From assembly GCA_964511535.1 (NCBI GenBank), contig CAZEFW010000032.1:302-64301 (forward strand): DNA of 64,000 nucleotides, in the 5' to 3' direction. The position numbers were made by a program, and so were the translations under genes. This document shows, one piece after another, positions 1 through 6,773 of this stretch (position 1 is the stretch's first letter; the number at the start of each line of letters is the position of its first letter). The notes beneath the pieces are model-generated. The model made no database searches. It had not been told where the DNA came from and was given only the letters and a program-made list of their open reading frames with translations. The stretch is from an uncultured Myxococcales bacterium. GTDB lineage: Bacteria; Myxococcota_A; Polyangia; GCA-2747355; CAZCFB01.

Positions 1-943
1 CCGCGCTCAGCCCGTGGGTGATGAACAGGTGGCCCTCCACCAGGGCGACCAGCTGATGCGACCAGACGCCGGTGTCTGCCGGTCGGGTGGCCACCCAGTC
101 CGCCTCGCCCTGCAGCACCAGGCGGCCCAGAGCCAGCGCGCCGTGCAGCCCGGCCATGGCGCGGCAGCCCTGGTCGGTGGGGTTGTACGCCCCGGAGATG
201 CCGAGGCGTCCCGGGCCGAGATCCACCTCCACCAATGCCCACAGAGCCTTGAGGGTGTCGGTGTCGCCGGTGGTGAAGCTGCCGTTGGTCAGGGCCACGG
301 CGGCCATGCCCCAGCCGAGGTCCACGCCCAGCTCCAGCCCGTAGTCGGGGTTGGAGAAGTTGGCGCCGCTCACCAGGCGGGTCAGGGCCGCGTCGTCGCG
401 CAGGCGCAGGCCGAAGGGGGGCAGGATGCGTCCGCCGCGCAGGTAAGCGCCCCACGGGCCGCGCACCAGGGCCCACGCCTCGCGGGTGCGCAGGCCGTCG
501 CCGGAGATCTCCTCATCGAGGTAGATCACGATGCGGTCGGGCCAGGGGCGAAGCTCCAGGTAGAGCTGCCCGCCCGAGCCGTCGAAGCTGTTGCTCACCC
601 CGCTGCCAGCCCCGTCATCAAGGCTCGTGCGGTTGGCCAGCTTCAGGTCAGCGCCCAGGGCGAACCAGGAGGCCACCTCGCCGGTGGTGATGGCGGTGAG
701 GATGCCGCTGCCGGTGGGCGCGGCCGGGGAGCGGGAGGGCAGGGCGGCGCGGGGCTGGCCCCCGGCGAGGGAGAGGTGGCTCATGGCGTACAGCGCGCCG
801 TAAGCGGTGCGCTTGCCGCCGCCCAGAGGCGAGGTGTGGCAACGCCCGCAGCGCAGGCCGCTGTCGGCTGAAAAGCGCGGCTCCGCGGCCGCCGGGGACG
901 CGACCGCCAGCAGGAGCAGGGCCGCCAGCAGCTTCTCAGTCAT
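1..943 (-). CDS. Secreted protein truncated at its C-terminal end by the window edge. Signal peptide, one CxxCH haem-c motif, then beta-barrel-like alternating sequence.
   Basis: Absent from the ORF track because it has no stop in the window. My reverse-complement translation from ATG 943..941 gives MTEKLLAALLLLAVASPAAAEPRFSADSGLRCGRCHTSPLGGGKRTAYGALYAMSHLSLAGGQPRAALPSRSPA... In this frame the only listed minus-strand ORF stops at 1370, so the frame is open down to position 1. The start overlaps the upstream stop (ATGACTGA). Confidence 0.55.
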   Translation of the reverse strand, partial: MTEKLLAALLLLAVASPAAAEPRFSADSGLRCGRCHTSPLGGGKRTAYGALYAMSHLSLAGGQPRAALPSRSPAAPTGSGILTAITTGEVASWFALGADLKLANRTSLDDGAGSGVSNSFDGSGGQLYLELRPWPDRIVIYLDEEISGDGLRTREAWALVRGPWGAYLRGGRILPPFGLRLRDDAALTRLVSGANFSNPDYGLELGVDLGWGMAAVALTNGSFTTGDTDTLKALWALVEVDLGPGRLGISGAYNPTDQGCRAMAGLHGALALGRLVLQGEADWVATRPADTGVWSHQLVALVEGHLFITHGLSA

Positions 944-1370
944 TGGGCGCCCCGCGGGTGATCCAGGCGCGCAGGCGGGCCACCTGAGCCGCGGTCAGCG
1001 GCGGGGCGAGCCTCGGCATGCGGGTGCCCACGATGCCGGCGCCGCCGAGCTTCCGCATCAGGTAGCTCCGGTCGGGATCCCCCGGCGCCACCAGCACCGC
1101 GCTCTTGATCTGCGCGCTGGCGCGCTGGACCAGGGCGGCGTGGGTCTTGCCCCGGTCCAGCCTCAGCCCGGCAGATGCTTTGCCCAGGTCATGGCAGTCG
1201 GTGACGCAGTGGCGGTCGAGGATGTCGGTCTGGATGGCTGACAGCGTGGAGGCCCCGGTGCCGGTGGCGCCGCCGTCGCCGGCGGCAGCGGCGGCCCCGT
1301 CCACGGCGCGAACCTCCGGGCAGCAGCCTGCCAGGGCAAATGCCAACACCAGCGCCGGGGCGAGCTTCAT
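936..1370 (-). CDS. Lipoprotein with a Planctomycete-cytochrome-c (PSCyt1)-like domain
   Basis: I chose the internal ATG of ORF 936..1541 (MKLAPALVLAFALAGC lipobox). Pattern seen: CVTDCH (C-x3-CH), GLRLD, PGDPDRSYL, MP, WITRGA. Confidence 0.65.
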   Translation of the reverse strand: MKLAPALVLAFALAGCCPEVRAVDGAAAAAGDGGATGTGASTLSAIQTDILDRHCVTDCHDLGKASAGLRLDRGKTHAALVQRASAQIKSAVLVAPGDPDRSYLMRKLGGAGIVGTRMPRLAPPLTAAQVARLRAWITRGAPND

Positions 1371-1514
1371 CAACCCAGAGTGCCAAGGGGGGGCGGCAAA
1401 TGCAAAGGATGCCCGGGCTGGAGCAATGTAGGCAGTGCGGGGTTTTGGGGCGGGTGGCGCGGCGGGGGGGGGCGAGAGTTGGGGCGTGCTTGCCGTTGGG
1501 GAGCGACGCTCGTG

Positions 1515-1553
1515 TAACAAAAAACAAGGAACAAAAAACAAAGAACAAAAAAT
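1515..1553. repeat. A-rich phased repeat (GAACAAAAAACAAR, about 2.7 copies) in the divergent promoter region
   Basis: The sequence gtaacaaaaaacaaggaacaaaaaacaaagaacaaaaaatt is seen directly. It is a strong AT island in GC-rich DNA, lying between divergent starts at 1370 and 1647. Confidence 0.6.
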
Positions 1554-1646
1554 TGGCGGTGGTGTTCGGGGCTTCGGAGCTCTTGCTTAACGCCCATCGC
1601 CATTCACTTGCGCCGCCGCACCCGATGCCTCCATTCTGGGTGGGTG

Positions 1647-4067
1647 ATGCGAATCATCCCGCTCTCACTGGCTCTGGGGCTGCTGCTCGCTGCTTGCATG
1701 GAGCCGCGGCCGCGCGCCACCCTCACGGTCGAGGTGGTTGGGCCAGCCAACCCGCGGCCGCGCTGCGTCTCGGGTGACAGCTCCCTGGGGCAGCTCTACC
1801 CGGCGGGGGACCCGATCAAGGGGGCGCGGGTTCGCTTGACGCCGGGCGGGCTCGGCGGGACCACCGGCGCCGACGGCAAGCTCGTGCTCAAGGACCTGCC
1901 CGGGGAGACCTACAAGCTCCTGGCCTCCGCCCCCGGGTTCGCGGCGGCGGCCGAGCGCACGGTGACCCCTGGCCAGGGCGCGGCGCTCACCCATCGCATC
2001 ATGTTGACCCCCTGCGTGAGCACAGGGCCCCACCGTCATCGCGTTGGGTTCGGCACGTCGGTCACCCTCACGGCCACCACCCGTTGTGGGGACGCCTGGA
2101 AGGGAGCGACCTTCACCTGGTCCCAGGTGGAGGGCCCGGACGCGCGCGCCACGGTCAAGACATGGGTCGCGCCGAGCCTCGACTTCACCACCCTCGCACT
2201 GGAAAAGGTCAAGCGCCTGCCCGCCACTCCGCGGCTGCTCTCCTTCTCTCCCGACGAGGCGGGCCAGTATGTCTTCCGCGTCACCGCGCGGCGCGCCGAC
2301 GGGGTCAGCGCCAGCGCCTACGCGCTGGTCACCTCCACCGACGTCACGGGGCCGGTGACCAGCGTGCCGCCCGGGCTGCGCTACTACCTGATGGGGCCGA
2401 AGCAGGGGCCCTGGAAGTGGATCGTGGACCGCTGGCCCGCCGGCTGGATCCGCACCCTGGAGGGGGCCACCACCCGCACCCCGTCGGTGACGCCGTTGCC
2501 GCCGTCGAGCATGACCGTGCAGGCGGATCTGATCATCCGGGAGGTCAACAGCAACACCTCCTTCACCCTGGTGGTGGGGCCGTGGAACCTGGTGAACCGG
2601 GACTGCGGCCGCTCGGACTGCCACCCCGGGCTGCAGAAGAGCTGGGAACGCACGCGCCACGCCACCACCTGGCGCCGGCTGGTGGAAGGGGAGCTGTCCG
2701 CCTCCCGGGGCGGAGGCGCCGCCAGCTGCGCCGCCTGCCACGCCCTGGGATACAACCCCTCGGCGGACAACGGCGGGTACGACGACGTGGCGCGCCAGCT
2801 CGGCGTGACCTTCCCGTCGACGCCGACCCGGGGAGTCTACCGCGGCCTGCCGGCCGCCCTGCGCGAGGTGAGCAGCGTGTACTGCCTGGCGTGCCACGGC
2901 CCGGCGCGGGTGGACCCGCCGGTGGCGGAGCAGCCGGGGCGCTTTGCGGTGGGCGTCTGCGCGCGATGTCACGACCGCAAGCCCGAGCAGGACCTGGTTG
3001 ACCAGTGGCGCCGCAACCGCATGGCCCGCACCGTGACCGGCGACCTCAACGGCCCGGAGGCGCGGGAGGAATGCGCGCGCTGCCACACGGCGCAGGGGTT
3101 CTACTACGAGCACTTCGCCCTGGCGCGCCCCCCGTCGAAGAAGGTGGCGATCCTCTCCTGCTGCGAGAACCTGGAGCCGATCACCTGCCAGGCCTGCCAC
3201 AGCCCCATGTACGCCCACGACGAGGCGCAGGTGTTCCGATCCGGCGCGGTGACCCTGCGTGACGGGTTGACCCTCACGGGCCAGGGGAGCGGCGCCCTGT
3301 GCGTCACCTGCCACAACGACGAGCACGCCCCGGGGGCGAAGCAGACGCTCGCCATGCGCCTCGGGCCTCACGCGCCGCAGGCCGAGCTGCTGCACGGCAA
3401 GGCGGGCCACGCGCTGGACGCCACGGGCCACCCGTCGCTGGAGGGCGTGGCGTGCGCGTCCCGGGTAGGGGAGGGGTGCGTGACCTGTCACATGGACAGC
3501 GGCCCGGCCGCCGGGGACCCGGATCACCGCCAGGTGGGCGGCCACACCTTCCGCATGATCTCGGCCGGCGGGCGGCCCAACGTGCGGCCTTGCCAGGCGT
3601 GTCACGCGGGCATGACCAGCTTCGATCCGCTGGCCCGGGGGGACCGCGACGGCGACGGCCGTGTGGAGAGCGTGCGCGCCGAGGTGGATGGGCTGCTGGC
3701 GCTGCTGAAAGGACGCATCGACGCCACCATCAAGGCCGGCGCCGTCCAGGGCTGCGCCGCCAGCAAGCCCGCCGGCGTATCGTTCAAGATCGGCTTTCAG
3801 CTGCGGGTCGTGATCACCGACGCCGGCGGCCATGACCTGGGCGACTGCGACCGCAGCGGAGGCATCGAGCGGGACGAGCAGCCGTACACCTTCCCGTCCT
3901 CCCCCCAGGGTGCGCTGCTGCACAAGGCGGCCTATAACTACCTGGTCGTGGTCCGGGACGGCAGCCGGGGGCTGCACAATGTCCCGTACACGGTGCGGCT
4001 GCTCCAGCGCACCATCGCCGCGGTGAGCGGCGGCAAGAACCTGCCGGGGTGGGAACTGTACCGGTAA
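1647..4067 (+). CDS. Multihaem c-type cytochrome lipoprotein (8 CxxCH)
   Basis: I chose the internal ATG of ORF 1608..4067 (MRIIPLSLALGLLLAAC lipobox). Eight canonical CxxCH motifs: CAACH, CLACH, CARCH x2, CQACH x2, CVTCH x2. There is also one CGRSDCH variant. The N-terminal region looks Ig-like or carboxypeptidase-regulatory-like. Confidence 0.8.
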   Translation: MRIIPLSLALGLLLAACMEPRPRATLTVEVVGPANPRPRCVSGDSSLGQLYPAGDPIKGARVRLTPGGLGGTTGADGKLVLKDLPGETYKLLASAPGFAAAAERTVTPGQGAALTHRIMLTPCVSTGPHRHRVGFGTSVTLTATTRCGDAWKGATFTWSQVEGPDARATVKTWVAPSLDFTTLALEKVKRLPATPRLLSFSPDEAGQYVFRVTARRADGVSASAYALVTSTDVTGPVTSVPPGLRYYLMGPKQGPWKWIVDRWPAGWIRTLEGATTRTPSVTPLPPSSMTVQADLIIREVNSNTSFTLVVGPWNLVNRDCGRSDCHPGLQKSWERTRHATTWRRLVEGELSASRGGGAASCAACHALGYNPSADNGGYDDVARQLGVTFPSTPTRGVYRGLPAALREVSSVYCLACHGPARVDPPVAEQPGRFAVGVCARCHDRKPEQDLVDQWRRNRMARTVTGDLNGPEAREECARCHTAQGFYYEHFALARPPSKKVAILSCCENLEPITCQACHSPMYAHDEAQVFRSGAVTLRDGLTLTGQGSGALCVTCHNDEHAPGAKQTLAMRLGPHAPQAELLHGKAGHALDATGHPSLEGVACASRVGEGCVTCHMDSGPAAGDPDHRQVGGHTFRMISAGGRPNVRPCQACHAGMTSFDPLARGDRDGDGRVESVRAEVDGLLALLKGRIDATIKAGAVQGCAASKPAGVSFKIGFQLRVVITDAGGHDLGDCDRSGGIERDEQPYTFPSSPQGALLHKAAYNYLVVVRDGSRGLHNVPYTVRLLQRTIAAVSGGKNLPGWELYR

Positions 4068-4086
4068 AAAAATCAGGAGGGAGTCC

Positions 4087-5145
4087 ATGTCGGAAGCGAG
4101 CCCCGGCCAGGGGCACAAGGTCTGCGTCACCGGCGCATCGGGGTACATCGGCAGCCACGTGATCCAGCTCCTGCTGGACCGGGGCTACCATGTGCGGGCC
4201 ATGGTCCGCGACCCGGGCGACGAGAAGAAGACAGCGCACCTGGCGGCCATGGGCGAGGGGCGAGAGGACAGGCTGGAGCTGCTGGCCGCCGACCTGGTGG
4301 AGCCGGGCAGCTACGACGACGCCGTGGCCGGCTGCGACCTGGTGTGCCACGTGGCCGCCTCGGTGAAGCTGGCCGCCAGGGACCCCCAGCGCGAGATCGT
4401 GGATCCCGCGGTGCTCGGCACGGCCAACGTGCTGACCGCGGTGCGCAAGGCGGGCACGGTCAAGCGGGTGGTGATCACCTCCTCCATCGCGGCAATCTTC
4501 GACGACGGCAAGCCCCACGATCACCAGTTCTCCGAGGACGACTGGAACGGCAGTTCCACCATCGACTCGGAGCCGTACAACCTGGCCAAGACCCTGGCAG
4601 AGCGCGCCGCGTGGAAGGCTCACGACGCCCTGCCCGAGGAGGAGCGCTACGAGCTGGTGGTGCTCAACCCGGTGGTGGTGCTCGGCCCGCTGTTCACCCG
4701 CGGGCACGGGCGCAGCTCGCCGGCGCTGGTGCGGGACCTCATGGCCGGCGCCATGCCGGCGTGCCCCCGGATCTGCCTGTCCATGGTGGACGTGCGAGAC
4801 GTGGCCATGGCCCACGCCCTGGCCCTGGAAAAGCCTGACGCCGAGGGGCGCTACATCCTGCACCACGAGGGGCTCTGGATGCAGGAGGTGGCGAAGCGTA
4901 TCGCGCCGCACTTCCCCCAGTACAAGGTGCCCACCGGGCGGCTGCCGAACCTGGCCATGTACGCGGTGGGGCTCTTCAGCAAACGCGTCTCCTTCGGCTG
5001 GGTGCGGCGGAACCTCGGCCGGCGGCATCTGGTGAACAACCGAAAGTCCATCGACGACCTCGGCGTGACCTACCGGCCCATGGACGAGACCCTGCTCGAC
5101 ACCTGCAAATCCTTCATCGAGCTGGGCCTGGTGCGGCCGAAGTAG
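4087..5145 (+). CDS. NAD(P)-dependent SDR, dihydroflavonol/cinnamoyl-CoA reductase-like (epimerase/dehydratase family)
   Basis: N-terminal Rossmann motif VTGASGYIGSHV. Length 352 aa. A GGAGGGAG Shine-Dalgarno sequence lies upstream of the ATG. Confidence 0.85.
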   Translation: MSEASPGQGHKVCVTGASGYIGSHVIQLLLDRGYHVRAMVRDPGDEKKTAHLAAMGEGREDRLELLAADLVEPGSYDDAVAGCDLVCHVAASVKLAARDPQREIVDPAVLGTANVLTAVRKAGTVKRVVITSSIAAIFDDGKPHDHQFSEDDWNGSSTIDSEPYNLAKTLAERAAWKAHDALPEEERYELVVLNPVVVLGPLFTRGHGRSSPALVRDLMAGAMPACPRICLSMVDVRDVAMAHALALEKPDAEGRYILHHEGLWMQEVAKRIAPHFPQYKVPTGRLPNLAMYAVGLFSKRVSFGWVRRNLGRRHLVNNRKSIDDLGVTYRPMDETLLDTCKSFIELGLVRPK

Positions 5146-5181
5146 TAGGGAGTTGGGAGTCGGGAGTTTGGAGTCGACCTG

Positions 5182-6084
5182 TTGAAGCAGCCCCTTCGTA
5201 CAACACCCCTTCGCCTGCTGCGGTTCGCGGCTCGGGTGCTGCGCGCCTTCGGCCGCAACCGGGGGCTGCTGCTGGCCGGCGGCGTGGGGTACAACGCGCT
5301 GCTCTCCGCCGTGCCGCTGTTGGCGGTCACCGTGACCGGGCTGAGCTACCTCGTGGAAGAGCCACTCATCCTGCGCACCATCGAGGTGGAGATGCAGCTG
5401 CTCTTCCCGCGGCACTCCGAGGCGCTGCTGGAGGCGGTGCGCGCCTTCCTCGCCGCGCGCGAGGTGGTGGGCGTCATCGGCTTCATGGTGCTGCTCTTCT
5501 TCTCCTCCATCGCCTTCCGCATGCTCGAGGAGGCCATCGCCGTGATCTTCGGCGAGGCCGCCATCCGCGAGGGCGAGGGGAAGCGCAGCTTCTGGATCTC
5601 GGCGCTGCTGCCGTACATCTTCATCGGGGCGCTGGTGCTGGCCCTGCTGGCGGTGACCCTGCTCACCACCTCCCTCGACGCCCTCGGCCCGCGCACGCTC
5701 AACATCCTCGGCAAGGAGATCTCCCTGCAGGCCGCGTCGGGGGCGCTGGTGCGGCTGGTGACCTTCGCCGGGCTGGTTCTGCTGTTCGCCTCCATCTATC
5801 GCGTGCTCCCGGTCACCCGGGTGCGCATGGGCCGCGCCCTGGTGGGCGGGCTGTGCGCGGCCGCGCTGTGGGAGGTGGCCGGCCGGGCCCTGGCGTACTA
5901 CTTCGCCCGCATCTCCCTGGTGGGCGTGGTGTACGGCTCCCTCGCCACGGTGATCGTGGTCCTGCTCAGCCTCGAGGTGGCGGCCATCATCCTGCTGCTG
6001 GGCGCCCAGGTCATAGCGCAGCTCGAAGCATGCTCCCGGGCGGGAGTCCCCTGGTACGAGAGGCCGCCTGACCCCGAGCCGTAG
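5182..6084 (+). CDS. YihY/BrkB family inner-membrane protein
   Basis: Family-typical N-terminus (LLLAGGVGYNALLSAVPLL) and a multi-TM profile. TTG start as given in the track. Confidence 0.75.
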   Translation: MKQPLRTTPLRLLRFAARVLRAFGRNRGLLLAGGVGYNALLSAVPLLAVTVTGLSYLVEEPLILRTIEVEMQLLFPRHSEALLEAVRAFLAAREVVGVIGFMVLLFFSSIAFRMLEEAIAVIFGEAAIREGEGKRSFWISALLPYIFIGALVLALLAVTLLTTSLDALGPRTLNILGKEISLQAASGALVRLVTFAGLVLLFASIYRVLPVTRVRMGRALVGGLCAAALWEVAGRALAYYFARISLVGVVYGSLATVIVVLLSLEVAAIILLLGAQVIAQLEACSRAGVPWYERPPDPEP

Positions 6085-6297
6085 CTTCAGCCTCAGCACC
6101 TACGCCGCCGCGGTTCATTCTGTCATTTCGTCGTTTCGGCGTTCTGTCATTCAGCAGCCCCAGCCCCACCCCCAGCCTCAGCTTCAGCCTCAGCCACAGC
6201 CCCAGCCTCAGCACCAGCCCCAGCCCCAGCCCCAGCCCCAGCTTCAGCCGTTCATTCTGGCATTCTGGCATCCCGGCGTTCTGGCACTCTGGCATTC
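6085..6297. repeat. Composite microsatellite block: 8-bp units (ATTCTGTC-like), then about 16 x 6-bp (CAGCCY), then about 6 x 8-bp (ATTCTGGC)
   Basis: Read directly from the sequence. The spurious GLGLGL ORF 6011..6295 on the minus strand is its translation. Confidence 0.9.
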
Positions 6298-6300
6298 ACC

Positions 6301-6328
6301 GGCGAAGGCGGCCCAGGCCGCCGTCGCC
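6301..6328. terminator. GC hairpin closing the repeat block, between convergent gene ends
   Basis: ggcgaaggcggcc-cag-gccgccgtcgcc gives an imperfect stem of about 12 bp. There is no U-tract. Confidence 0.35.
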
Positions 6329-6341
6329 GCCGCTCCTCCCA

Positions 6342-6731
6342 TCACCGATAAGGACCGCTGCCTCGGTCGGGCTGAATCGGCTCCAGCCGCGTCAGGTGCT
6401 CGGCCAGCGATTCGGTGTCCTTGACGTACCACTCCACCTTGCCGCACTCGCCGCAGACATACGCCTCGAGCTCGCCCGCGCCCTTGCTGCGCCAGATGCT
6501 CGGCAACACCAGGGACATGCGGGCGCGCCCCTGATCCCGGTCGAGCACATGGGCGGCGTGGTAGATCTCCTCGCCGCCGCAGGCGGGGCAGCGACGCTGG
6601 CCGCGCATGGTCAGCTCGGCGCGGTTGCGGGCAGCGGTGAGGCTGGCGCGCAGGTCTTCCACCTCGGCGCGCAGCTCGCTCAGCTGTTCGCGTAGTTCGG
6701 GCGCGGACCGGGTCTCGTCATCCTGTGGCAT
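6342..6731 (-). CDS. Zinc-ribbon protein with an N-terminal coiled coil
   Basis: CPACGG ... CGECG pairs (two CxxC knuckles). N-terminal heptad-like LREQLSELRAEVEDLRASL. Confidence 0.6.
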   Translation of the reverse strand: MPQDDETRSAPELREQLSELRAEVEDLRASLTAARNRAELTMRGQRRCPACGGEEIYHAAHVLDRDQGRARMSLVLPSIWRSKGAGELEAYVCGECGKVEWYVKDTESLAEHLTRLEPIQPDRGSGPYR

Positions 6732-6773
6732 CGTCGCGGTGCTCCTGCTGGCAAAGGGTGTATTGTACCTCCC

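Noticed and set aside
936-943. Overlapping start/stop junctions (ATGACTGA at 936..943; ATGA at 17843, 21247 and 44400; TGATG at 58433) as unusual recoding signals.
   Set aside because: These are ordinary translational-coupling overlaps within operons.
1665-4148. 827-aa minus-strand ORF antisense to the multihaem cytochrome gene. Similar very long antisense or alternate-frame ORFs occur at 3814..6099, 6780..8456, 10011..11225, 13816..15096, 22285..24384, 25223..27103, 40515..42545, 44400..46010 (5' part), 46726..48048, 52592..53899 and 59879..61204.
   Set aside because: Their translations are dominated by Arg/Ala/Gly/Pro/His runs with no motifs, signal peptides or Shine-Dalgarno sites. Each overlaps a gene on the other strand or frame that has clear family motifs. 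This is typical open-frame noise in DNA with about 70% GC and GC3 saturation.
6011-6295. ORFs translating the microsatellites, for example GLGLGLGL at 6011..6295, SISFSISFSIS at 39337..39681 and AEADAEAGADAEADAE at 39418..39672.
   Set aside because: They are pure read-outs of 6/8-bp tandem arrays in non-coding spacers. The same arrays occur in either orientation at other loci.
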